Made by a program: the position numbers and the translations under genes. Under the pieces are notes generated by a model that saw only the letters and a list, made by a program, of their open reading frames with translations, was not told the DNA's origin and searched no databases. DNA of 64,000 nucleotides from an uncultured cyanobacterium (GTDB taxonomy: Bacteria > Cyanobacteriota > Cyanobacteriia > Cyanobacteriales > Cyanobacteriaceae): assembly GCA_963710605.1 (NCBI GenBank), contig CAVQBA010000007.1, forward strand, positions 160,001-224,000, written 5' to 3'. This document shows, one piece after another, positions 50,566 to 64,000 of this stretch (position 1 is its first letter; the number at the start of each line of letters is the position of its first letter).

Positions 50566-52536
50566 TTATTTTTTCATTTTTGATGCCGAGGTATCTTCAG
50601 ATTCTGTATTTTGATCGACTACTATTGTTTGTCCATATCTGAGCATATTTTCGATCGTCATAATTCGATTCATCCATGATTCCACTTGCCAAGAATTTGT
50701 TTTTCGATGTTGAGCTGAATAACGAGATAATCTATTTCGGAAAGAAGACAATTGTTTTTGAACCTTAAGTGCATTAGTAGGTGTTGGTTTTTGAGTTAAT
50801 ACTTGTAAATTATTGGCTAACTTGTCTGATTGCTCCGACCATAATTGAAGATAACTTTGATCTATTTTTATTTGCTCGTTTTCTAATAGAAATATCCATT
50901 CTTGTTGTAAATTTTGGTAACGAGATAAGGCAGTTACGAAAGGTTCACGGTAAGGTATTGGCTCTTTTTGATCTTCGATCGTACCTTGAGTTTTCAAAAA
51001 AATATTTTCTAAAGAAGTATCAAAATTCTCGGCGGCGAAAAGAGCATAACCACCAGAAGGCATATTACGAATTAACTGCATTTGGTCAAATGCTTCTGTT
51101 TCAGGTACATTAAGTAAACGAATAGCAGGAATAACAAAATTAGAGTTTTCTTGAGCTACTTTGTAAATATGTTCAAGGCGATCTTCAAATTTACCTGTAT
51201 CTAAAGCATAAGTCATCAAAACTACAAGATCAACTGATTGGTTATAACCCCAATCTTCCCAGTGTTGTTGTAATGTATTTAATCGTTGATTACGCTCCAT
51301 CGGAAATACTGCCGTTGACAGAATAACCTCAGGACTTTTGTTTTCAATCAATTCTGATGTTTGTTCCACAAAACTAGTAATTTGTTGTACTCTAAATCCT
51401 GTCCATGTATTCCATAATGAAGAAGAGCGATTAAGAGTTTTAGGATCAACTCCGTACTGCTGTTTAAACAAATTACGACTAACATCAGTGTAGCCAAATT
51501 GTTGTTTAGTTGTATTGTCTTGAAAAGGATACCGAATATAATCTAACTGAATACCATCAACATCGTATTTAGTTACAATTTCATCGACTAAAGAAAGTAG
51601 GTAACGTCTTACTTCTGGGTTAGCAGGATCGAAAAATGCCTTTTTAAATCCGGGGGTACGATTAAAAATTCTTCCTTTTTGATCTTTTAATGCCCAACTT
51701 GGATTACGAGATAAGACAGGACCTAAATAATAACTAGGTTGACCTAAAACTCGGTTATGCCCTTCGTTAGCCGCCGCAAATGCCCATAACCATGCGTGCA
51801 ACTCCATTCCTCTTTCGTGAGCTAACTCGATCGATGCTTGGAGGGGATCCCATCCTTTAGTCATCGGGTTTTGCTCAGGTGCTACTGTACTAGGATAAAT
51901 AGGATAACTAGCATTAATAGTTTCCATAAATACTGTATTAATTCCTGCTCTTGCCATACGATCGAATAAAGGCTCTAAATCTTTTTTAGAACGAGCTTTA
52001 ACAATTGTGCCTCTATCCAACCACATTGCTCTAATCTCAGGTTGAGCTAAATGGTTATTAACAGGATAACTCATCCACAAATCTCGTCTGGCATCTAACC
52101 ATTTTTGTCGGGCTGAGTTGTAGTCTTGTTGAACAAGTGTCGGAAAATCAGCTAATAATTTTTTGGCATTAACGATCGCATTATAAGCTCTACTATTACT
52201 ATAGCCATTTGAGACTCTACTTTTAAGTTTCTTTTTACCGATGTTTTTGACCACATCACTCATTGGTGTACTTGATGAACTTCTTTTTGCTTCTACCGTA
52301 ATCAAAGTACTTTCAACACGATTAACTAGTTGTTGTAATTCATCCCTCATTTTTTCAACTTCTCCACGAGAAAGTCTGCGAGCATGAAGTGAAGAGTTAT
52401 GCTCAGATAAAGATTGAGTCGAATTACGATCGGTAGAGATATTTTCGACAGTTGTCGCTGAAGCCGAAGCTAAACTAAATAACAAAAAAAAATTGGAAAT
52501 TAGTAAATTAATTGTTAATTGTTTATAATTGGTCAT
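50566..52536 (-). CDS. Secreted GH10-like (DUF187) glycoside hydrolase family protein
   Basis: EIRAMWLDRG, AHERGMELHAW, DPANPEVR, DGIQLDYIRYP. Confidence 0.9.
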   Translation of the reverse strand: MTNYKQLTINLLISNFFLLFSLASASATTVENISTDRNSTQSLSEHNSSLHARRLSRGEVEKMRDELQQLVNRVESTLITVEAKRSSSSTPMSDVVKNIGKKKLKSRVSNGYSNSRAYNAIVNAKKLLADFPTLVQQDYNSARQKWLDARRDLWMSYPVNNHLAQPEIRAMWLDRGTIVKARSKKDLEPLFDRMARAGINTVFMETINASYPIYPSTVAPEQNPMTKGWDPLQASIELAHERGMELHAWLWAFAAANEGHNRVLGQPSYYLGPVLSRNPSWALKDQKGRIFNRTPGFKKAFFDPANPEVRRYLLSLVDEIVTKYDVDGIQLDYIRYPFQDNTTKQQFGYTDVSRNLFKQQYGVDPKTLNRSSSLWNTWTGFRVQQITSFVEQTSELIENKSPEVILSTAVFPMERNQRLNTLQQHWEDWGYNQSVDLVVLMTYALDTGKFEDRLEHIYKVAQENSNFVIPAIRLLNVPETEAFDQMQLIRNMPSGGYALFAAENFDTSLENIFLKTQGTIEDQKEPIPYREPFVTALSRYQNLQQEWIFLLENEQIKIDQSYLQLWSEQSDKLANNLQVLTQKPTPTNALKVQKQLSSFRNRLSRYSAQHRKTNSWQVESWMNRIMTIENMLRYGQTIVVDQNTESEDTSASKMKK

Positions 52537-53053
52537 GGTAGTTTTGTGAGAGAGGATAAAGAGTTTTTTGTCAAGCGAATTAAAAATTAAAGTTCAATAG
52601 TTGAAGTAAATTTATTAGTTAATTTAGTTATTTGTTACTAAAAGTTTAGCTTTCATAACAATTAGTTTGTTTTACTTTGATTAATTATTAATTATTTTAA
52701 TTAGTTATTCTTCGTTAATACTATTTTTTATTTATCGATCGTTCAAATTTTAGCTAAGTGGTTAGCTTCCTTGTAAGATTTTACCCCATAATGTTACTAA
52801 AAATGACTATAAGCAAAAAGCAACTATTTAAGAAATTAGATATCAATACTTTTGGTTTCTTTAAAATTATTCCAAACTATATTTAGCAAACTAATTCCAA
52901 ACAAAAGTAATCAACAAAATAAATATTAACTACTATATTTCGCTGATTAGCAGTTAACTTTTAAGACAACAAAATTTACAGTTAAATATTATATATTTTT
53001 TAATTTAGACAAGTTATAGTTATTAATTTTATTACGTTATATAGAATATAAAC

Positions 53054-56000
53054 TTAATTTTTGAAAGTTTTTTCTATCTGTAAGATTTTTTCTGTAGGTT
53101 TTTTTTGCTCTTTATTACGTAACTTACCAAACCAATGTAAAAAGTTATCAACATAACAAAAAGTGACCGGTACAACAATTAAAGTAAAAAGAGTTGAGGT
53201 AGTAAAACCACCAATAACAGCGATCGCCATCGGACTTCTAACTTCTCCATCTGCCCCAAAAGCCATCGCAATCGGTAACATTCCTGCAATAGTAGAAATT
53301 GATGTCATAACGATCGGACGTAAACGAGACGTACCAGCATAGATAATTGCTTGAAACTGTGACTTACCATCCTTCATCCCTGAAAGAGCAAAATCTACTA
53401 ATAAAATCGCATTTTTAGTTACTAAACCTAATAACAAGACAATACCAATTAATGCAAATAATCCTAACTCTTTTTGAGTGACCAACAAACCAATTAATGC
53501 TCCACCGATCGATAAAGGTAAAGCCGCTAAAATAGCCCAAGGATAAAGAAAATTACTGTAAAGTAAAACCAAAATTGCGTAGATACAACAGATAGCCAAA
53601 GCAACCGCCCCTAAAAAACGAGTAAAAATATCTCGCATTATTTCTGCATCTCCCGCTGGTTCTTCTGAAACACCCGCAGGAAGGGGGTTCATTGCTGGTA
53701 AACTTTTAACTTCATCCAAAGCAGTACCAAGAGCAATACCTTCTAAATTTGCTCCTAACTGTACTTGTCTTTGACGATTATAACGCTTAATTTCCGCAGG
53801 CCCACTACCTAAACTAATATCAGCAACACTATCCAAACTAACTAAAGAGCCATTATTAGTCGGTATTTTTAAGTTTTTCAGTATATTTATATCATTACGA
53901 TAAATCGGATTAATTTGGACACGAATTGGTATTTGACGATCGGGTAAATTGTATTTAGCTAAATTAAAATCATTATCACCAATAGTGGCAATTGAAGCTG
54001 TACGAGCGATCGACGTTACCGAAACACCCAAGTCTGCCGCTCTTTTAAAGTTAGGTTGAATAATAATTTCGGGTTTTACCAAACTAGCACTAGAAGATAC
54101 TTCCACTAATCCTGGGATTTCTTTCATTTGGCTTTCTAGTTGTTGAGATGTGTTAGTTAAAACTTCGCCGTTATCGCTTTTAAGTACGATCGTCAAATCC
54201 TTACTACTTCCCCCTGCACCTTGAGATTGAAACGTAATCCTTGCCCCCGGTATTTGAGCAAAAACTGGTCGCATCTCAGATTGAAATTCTTGTAAACTAA
54301 TATTTCTTTCTTCTTTAGGTATTAAGTTGATATACATTGTCGCTGTATTCAAACTAGAGCCACCTACATCAGCTAAAACAGTTTTTACAACAGGATTTGC
54401 TAATAATTTGTCCTTAACTTCTGTTGTCACTTCTTCTGTCGCAATCAAACTAGCACTAGGTGGTAACTCTACATTAACAGTACTTAATCCTTGATCTGCT
54501 TCGGTAAATAAACCTTTAGGGATATAAGGTAGCAACTGTAAACTAGCGACAAAAAATATTATTGCCATTGCTAAAGTAGTTAATTTGTGACGTAATGCCC
54601 AAGTTAACACACTACGATAAGGAGTTAGTTTCTTCCTATTATTACGATCGTTTTTTGGTAACGGTTTAGACTTTAATAAATAAGCACTCAACATCGGAGT
54701 CATTGTCGTCGCTACCAAAGTAGAAAACATCGTCGCCACCGCTACAGTTACACCAAAAGGTTGGAAAAACTGCCCTGGGATACCACCCATAAAAGCAACA
54801 GGTAAAAATACAGCGACAATTGTTGCTGTTGTTGCTACCACTGCTAAACCAATTTCTCTAGCCGCATCCATCGCCGCTTGATAGGGTTTTTTGCCCATAC
54901 TCAAATGCTGATCGATATTTTCAATCATACAAATAGCATCATCAACCAAGTTACCCATAGCTAAAGCTAAAGCTAATAGACTCATCCCGTTGAGAGTATA
55001 TCCTAACCATTCCATTACTAAAAACGTTGGAATAATAGATAAAGGTAAAGCCAAACCTGTAATTAAAGTCGCTCTCCAATCTCTGAGGAAAATACCGACA
55101 CTAATAACTGTTAAAATTGAACCAATAACTAACGAACCAATCGTACTTTCATAAGAAGCCTTAATAGCAGTCGCACGAGTGAAAATTAATTCTATCTTTA
55201 TATCTTCAGGTAAAGTTTGTCTTAATTCGGCTATTTTTTCTTCGACATTATCGGCTACACTAACCAAAGTTGTACCCGTTCCTCGTAGTACAGAAAAACC
55301 AACAACTGCTTCTTGATTAAAATAAGCTGATTGTGTCGCCTCTCCAAAGCCATCAACTACATTACCTAAATCTCTTAATTTAATTTGACTACCATCATTA
55401 AGTACAATCGGGTATTCGGCTAAATTAGTTACTTGTGAAGCACTACCAAGGGTACGAATATTCTGCTCTCTCGAGCCAACTTGAGATTTACCTCCTGAAA
55501 GATTAAGGTTAAGCTCACTGATTTGTCGATTAACTTCTGTAGTTGTTATACCGTAAGCCAATAAACGGCTTGGTTCTAAATCTACTCTTATTTCTTGTTC
55601 TAATCCACCTATCCTTCTAATCTGAGCCACACCTGATACGTTGGCTAAATCTCTGGCAATACGTCTATCTACGAAGTCGGTTAATTGCTCTACATTTCTT
55701 TGTTGTGAAGAAACTACATAAGTCATAATCGAACCCCCCGCAAAATCTAGTTTACGAACAATCGGTTCATTTATGTCTGCTGGTAACTCTTGTCTGATTT
55801 GAGCGATCGCATTACGAACATCATTAGTTGCTTGATTTGCATCTGCATTTAACTCAAATTCGATCGTTGTCGTTGAGCTACCATCGGTTACTGTCGAACT
55901 AATATTATCAACAAAATTAATACTTGCCACAGCATCTTCTACTTCTTGCGTTACTTGTGATTCTAATTCTTGTGGCACCGCTCCCCTTTGAGAAATATTC

Positions 56001-56146
56001 ACTTGTACCACAGCAATATCAATATTAGGTTGAGCATCAATTCCCAAACCTAAAAACGATATGATGCCAAAAACACCCAAACAAAGAAAAAGAACTAAAA
56101 TTGAGACTGGATTTTTGACCGACCATGTAGAAACGTGAAATGACAT
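53054..56146 (-). CDS. RND efflux transporter permease (AcrB/AcrD/AcrF family)
   Basis: 1030 aa; GNLVDDAI..IEN, LVTKNAILLVD, RLRPIVMT, GGFTTST. Confidence 0.95.
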   Translation of the reverse strand: MSFHVSTWSVKNPVSILVLFLCLGVFGIISFLGLGIDAQPNIDIAVVQVNISQRGAVPQELESQVTQEVEDAVASINFVDNISSTVTDGSSTTTIEFELNADANQATNDVRNAIAQIRQELPADINEPIVRKLDFAGGSIMTYVVSSQQRNVEQLTDFVDRRIARDLANVSGVAQIRRIGGLEQEIRVDLEPSRLLAYGITTTEVNRQISELNLNLSGGKSQVGSREQNIRTLGSASQVTNLAEYPIVLNDGSQIKLRDLGNVVDGFGEATQSAYFNQEAVVGFSVLRGTGTTLVSVADNVEEKIAELRQTLPEDIKIELIFTRATAIKASYESTIGSLVIGSILTVISVGIFLRDWRATLITGLALPLSIIPTFLVMEWLGYTLNGMSLLALALAMGNLVDDAICMIENIDQHLSMGKKPYQAAMDAAREIGLAVVATTATIVAVFLPVAFMGGIPGQFFQPFGVTVAVATMFSTLVATTMTPMLSAYLLKSKPLPKNDRNNRKKLTPYRSVLTWALRHKLTTLAMAIIFFVASLQLLPYIPKGLFTEADQGLSTVNVELPPSASLIATEEVTTEVKDKLLANPVVKTVLADVGGSSLNTATMYINLIPKEERNISLQEFQSEMRPVFAQIPGARITFQSQGAGGSSKDLTIVLKSDNGEVLTNTSQQLESQMKEIPGLVEVSSSASLVKPEIIIQPNFKRAADLGVSVTSIARTASIATIGDNDFNLAKYNLPDRQIPIRVQINPIYRNDINILKNLKIPTNNGSLVSLDSVADISLGSGPAEIKRYNRQRQVQLGANLEGIALGTALDEVKSLPAMNPLPAGVSEEPAGDAEIMRDIFTRFLGAVALAICCIYAILVLLYSNFLYPWAILAALPLSIGGALIGLLVTQKELGLFALIGIVLLLGLVTKNAILLVDFALSGMKDGKSQFQAIIYAGTSRLRPIVMTSISTIAGMLPIAMAFGADGEVRSPMAIAVIGGFTTSTLFTLIVVPVTFCYVDNFLHWFGKLRNKEQKKPTEKILQIEKTFKN

Positions 56147-56432
56147 AATTACTTAGTTACTGCCGATCTTAATCAGCTTTTATGGTGAAGTTTTGTAAAC
56201 TGAATAACCTTGATTATATCATTGACAATAATTTTCTATTCTAAGTTTAATATACGTGTAAATTGGATATTAATATCTCGAGAACAGTTAGATGATAATT
56301 TAGATAGATACACATCAGATTCGATCGTAATCCCTGAAAACATTTGCATTTTTTAAAAGTCATTCAAAGTCTTACCCAACAACAATCTTAAGCTAAATAT
56401 TTTTATGCTTGAAAAAAACATTTGCGAAAAAG

Positions 56433-56461
56433 TTGACAGTCGAGAAAATAGTGGTTATATT
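56433..56461 (+). promoter_or_regulatory. rRNA operon promoter
   Basis: TTGACA-N17-TATATT; boxA-like GAACCTCGACAAC at ~56507. Confidence 0.85.
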
Positions 56462-56659
56462 AGTAATTGTGCGTTTGAGACATCAACACCTCGAAGTCGC
56501 ACATTGAACCTCGACAACTTGATATTTTTTCTAGCAATCATTAGAAATATTTTCATAACATAAAACCTTGTCAAAAAATAGTTAAATTAAAAAACAGGAA
56601 TAAGTCAATCATTATAAGTAGAAGCAACAATATGTTGCCCAAACCGAAGTGGTTAACTA

Positions 56660-58149
<1,490 letters not shown>

Positions 58150-58242
58150 ATAAGGGAGACTCTAATTAATGGAGTCAGCAAGGAAAAGAAAATAAAAAAA
58201 GTGAATTGCTAGAGAAAATAGAGAGATTGAGGGGGTTACAAT

Positions 58243-58316
<74 letters not shown>

Positions 58317-58320
58317 TGAT

Positions 58321-58396
58321 GGGGGTATAGCTCAGCTGGTAGAGCGCCTGCTTTGCAAGCAGGATGTCAGCGGTTCAAGTCCGCTTACTTCCACCA
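58321..58396 (+). tRNA. trnA: tRNA-Ala(TGC) with encoded CCA
   Basis: GGGGGTATAGCTCAG...TTTGCAA...GGTTCAAGTCC...TTCCACCA. Confidence 0.98.
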
Positions 58397-58554
58397 AAGA
58401 AAGAAAAAATAGAGAAAGAGAATTATTATTCAGCACCGTATCGAATAGCGAGCGAATGCTGGACTGATAAAAGTTCAGAGAATGAACCTTGAAAACTGCA
58501 TAGAAAAGAAAGATGAACGAAGACTCAATTAAATTGGATTGAGTTCAAGTGAAA

Positions 58555-61340
<2,786 letters not shown>

Positions 61341-61445
61341 AAAAAAAAGCATTTGAATCAAGAAGGAAATGAAATTGAGTCGGAAGTAATCGGGAAATCT
61401 ATGCAGTCTTGAGGGGGATTTAAAGTAATCCTTTTCCAAGCAATA

Positions 61446-61561
61446 GCTGGTGTGTGCAGCGTTGTGGAACCACTACGAACCATCTCGAACTCGTGTGTGA
61501 AACGCAACAGCGGCGACGATACTGCGGGGGTAGCCCTTTGGGACAATAGTTCCATGCCAGC
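61446..61561 (+). rRNA. rrf: 5S rRNA
   Basis: GCTGGTG...CGAACTC...GTGAAACG...GCCAGC. Confidence 0.95.
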
Positions 61562-61584
61562 TTAATCAATCGAATCTCAAAACC

Positions 61585-61620
61585 AAAAAAGAACTCTTTA
61601 ACACAAGGGTTCTTTTTTTT
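61585..61620. terminator. Bidirectional intrinsic terminator between rrn and stpA
   Basis: AAAAAAGAACTCTT-loop-AAGGGTTCTTTTTTTT. Confidence 0.85.
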
Positions 61621-61636
61621 GTCCTAATAAATATGA

Positions 61637-62914
61637 TTATTGATTACTTAAAGTTTCTTTTTTATTAGCGATAGAGGTAAAAAACTGACAATACTGTTTA
61701 TAACCTTGAGGAAAAACTAAGTTTATTTTTAAAGGTTCGTCTAAATCTTGTGGTAGTTCTGGTCGTTCTGTTACTTTTGGTATATTATTAACCATCTCTA
61801 CGTTTATTTTTTTGCGATTTTTTACTTCTCCTCCAGAACTATCGACATAAGTAATAATATTATCTTTATTGTATCTTTTACCAATATCTTGTATTAATTG
61901 TAAGAAATTTCGATCGCTTCCTCCTCTTCTAATCACTTTTTGACCATCTTCGAAACTAATTTGACTATTTACAGTATCACCAACCCCCATTATTAAAGGC
62001 ATAAATTCTGGACTAAAACGCTCTTCGATAAGGTCTAAAAGGTCATTTTGATTAAAAGAAACTTGACGAGGACTAAAATACTCACCTAGAGGATATTCGC
62101 CTGTACGAAGATGATAGTAATAATTAAGTAAATACAAAACACCTGCTTCTTTAACTGCACCTTTGAGCATAAATTGGAAATCTGTAGTACCAGAATCATT
62201 AATTGTGGCAGGACGCATAATTTCTAATCCTTGCTCATCTCTCCCTAGATTAGGTGCATAATGAACGAAAAAAGATTTTTCTAACCCTTCTTTTTCTGCT
62301 TTATTTAATAATTGATCCATTAATTCGGCTACCATTTTTTGTAGTTTGATATAAATTTCAGGATGAGATTCTAAAACAGAAAAAAATGTATTGAGGTTAA
62401 CTGTAGGAGAAACCGCATTATTAAGAATAACAGCATCGAGAGCTTGATTGACTGTTTCAGTAGATAAAAAAGAAGCCTGTTGTTGACAAAATTCGGTTAT
62501 TTTACGACGAAAAAAATTAGGTATATCAGCTAAAAAATCTAATTCTAATTCTGTAACGCCAGGGTAATCGATATTACCTTCGTTATCTTGCCATTGCACT
62601 CCTCCTGCGGCTAAACCTGGTAAATATTTAGGGTGAGAAACATTTGCTTTTTCTGCTGCTTGATCAATAATAGAATTGACACCAAATTTACCAATGTGTT
62701 CGCCGTTAGTTAAAACAAAAAAATGATTAGCTAGTTTTTGAGCGGCTTCTACATAAGCATAATCAATAACTCTGGTGAAAGGATTTTTGACTAAACCCAT
62801 ACAAACACCATCTAAATCCTGAATGATGAGCAAGTTTTCTGTATTGATTAGTTTTTCAGAGAATAAGTCATGCTTTAAGGAAAGAGATAATTGATTAAGA
62901 TGAGAGTAAGCCAT
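61637..62914 (-). CDS. stpA: Glucosylglycerol 3-phosphatase
   Basis: IQDLDGVCMGLV, LTNGEH, GLAAGGVQWQ, GTTDFQFM, GVGDTV, RRGGSDR. Confidence 0.93.
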   Translation of the reverse strand: MAYSHLNQLSLSLKHDLFSEKLINTENLLIIQDLDGVCMGLVKNPFTRVIDYAYVEAAQKLANHFFVLTNGEHIGKFGVNSIIDQAAEKANVSHPKYLPGLAAGGVQWQDNEGNIDYPGVTELELDFLADIPNFFRRKITEFCQQQASFLSTETVNQALDAVILNNAVSPTVNLNTFFSVLESHPEIYIKLQKMVAELMDQLLNKAEKEGLEKSFFVHYAPNLGRDEQGLEIMRPATINDSGTTDFQFMLKGAVKEAGVLYLLNYYYHLRTGEYPLGEYFSPRQVSFNQNDLLDLIEERFSPEFMPLIMGVGDTVNSQISFEDGQKVIRRGGSDRNFLQLIQDIGKRYNKDNIITYVDSSGGEVKNRKKINVEMVNNIPKVTERPELPQDLDEPLKINLVFPQGYKQYCQFFTSIANKKETLSNQ

Positions 62915-63113
62915 AATTTAATTGAGAGTTTTGAAAATAAAAGGTAAAGACAAAAGTTTAGTAAAGATTTTTCGATAATTACTTTATTTGTTTAAAACTA
63001 TAGCAACAAATGGTTAGTTGGGTAAATTTCTCTTGAGACTAAAAGTAAATACATTAGCCGTAAGGAATACAGTTTGAGATAGTTTAAATAGATTAAGAAG
63101 AGAATTGGTGAAC

Positions 63114-63274
63114 TATAGTTGTTTAAATTAAGTTTGAGACAGTATAAAAACAGTATAAACAAGAACATAGAACTCGCCTTGGGTATAAATTGACAAGGCT
63201 AATAGATACCGTTTAATAAATTAAACTTTAATTTTAGCTTCAAAATTGTCTCACCGTTATTTTAAATGACTATA
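63114..63274. mobile_element. Miniature IS630-like element
   Basis: TATAGTTGTTTAAATTAAGTTTGAGACA ... TGTCTCACCGTTATTTTAAATGACTATA. Confidence 0.72.
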
Positions 63275-63311
63275 TATATAAATTCAATACCACCTTTAGG
63301 AAATAATTATT

Positions 63312-63641
63312 ATGTCTGTCTATGCATTTATTTTAAATCCGATAAATAGACAAGAAAAAAGCTTATCTTTTCCTGTTGCCACTGAATCATTTTTTTACAA
63401 AGTCTGGATGTTAGGTTGCAAGTCTTTAAGACTTAGTTGGATACCATTATTTGCGACTGGAATAGACGTTACAAAAGAAGATTTATTTTCGCTCCAAATT
63501 GAACTTCAATTGTTGAAGAAATGGGCTAAAAACAATCTTTGTGAAAATAAATTTGAACAAATAGAAGCCCGAATAAATCTTTGTGAAAAACAGTTACCGA
63601 AAATGTTTATTAGAAAGGATGCAATCGTTTTTATGGGATAA
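63312..63641 (+). CDS. Hypothetical protein
   Basis: 109-aa ORF with AGGA RBS; no recognised family. Confidence 0.65.
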   Translation: MSVYAFILNPINRQEKSLSFPVATESFFYKVWMLGCKSLRLSWIPLFATGIDVTKEDLFSLQIELQLLKKWAKNNLCENKFEQIEARINLCEKQLPKMFIRKDAIVFMG

Positions 63642-63737
63642 TTATATCAAAGAGCAAAAGATAAGAGGCAAAAGTTAGTTAATAGTTGATAGTTAATAGT
63701 TGACAATTAACAATACTTCTTACTCGTTACTCATTAC

Positions 63738-64000
63738 TTAAACTTCTGCTATAGGAAGAGAAAAAGAAAAATTACTACCTTTATCTAACTCACTAGTAAC
63801 TTCAATTTGTCCATTTTGTAATTCGACTAATTTTTTGGTAATAGCCAAGCCAATACCACTACCACCAGAATAACTCGATCGAGAACAATCGGCACGCCAA
63901 AATCTTTCAAAGATATGAGGTAAATCTTCAGTAGAAATACCAACACCTGTATCAATGATTGAAACCCAGACAAAAGGGAAATCTACTTTAGCTTTGACGG
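63738..64000 (-). CDS. Sensor histidine kinase, C-terminal HATPase part (start beyond the window)
   Basis: Hand translation: [66 protein letters not shown]. Confidence 0.92.
   Translation of the reverse strand, partial: VKAKVDFPFVWVSIIDTGVGISTEDLPHIFERFWRADCSRSSYSGGSGIGLAITKKLVELQNGQIEVTSELDKGSNFSFSLPIAEV

Noticed and set aside
1073..51113. Short antisense or overlapping ORFs (e.g. 1073, 4680, 8526, 10161, 20109, 28693, 33425, 45632, 50781)
   Set aside because: They are shadows of well-supported genes and show no motifs

Overview
This is an AT-rich cyanobacterial chromosome segment. The CGATCG-rich sequence, 16S, ndhA, flv4/flv2, ndhR, argZ and stpA suggest a Geminocystis/Cyanobacterium-like unicellular strain (inference). 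Most of the window is housekeeping: proA, lpxB, rfbB, argZ, scpA, pdxA, flv4-sll0218-flv2, hisZ, suhB, fed2, proS, fabH, nrdA, ndhA, rbfA, ndhR, an RND pump, a compact rRNA operon and stpA. The unusual parts are: (1) a T4 Rnl2-type RNA ligase gene cut by the left edge and absent from the ORF track; (2) a ~6.6 kb accessory block between an intact rfbB and a truncated direct-repeat copy, with an IS66 remnant and a Crp/Fnr-ycaC-amidohydrolase module bracketed by four copies of a 16-bp palindrome; (3) miniature IS630-like elements with a shared TATAG-N19-GACA end architecture and interchangeable hairpin interiors, with miniature elements in both flv4-flv2 spacers; (4) a short OvoA-type sulfoxide synthase; (5) single-base lesions in lpxB, moxR and possibly the ovoA-like gene at GATCG sites, which may be sequencing artefacts. 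No CRISPR array was seen. All assignments come from motif recognition by eye, without database searches.
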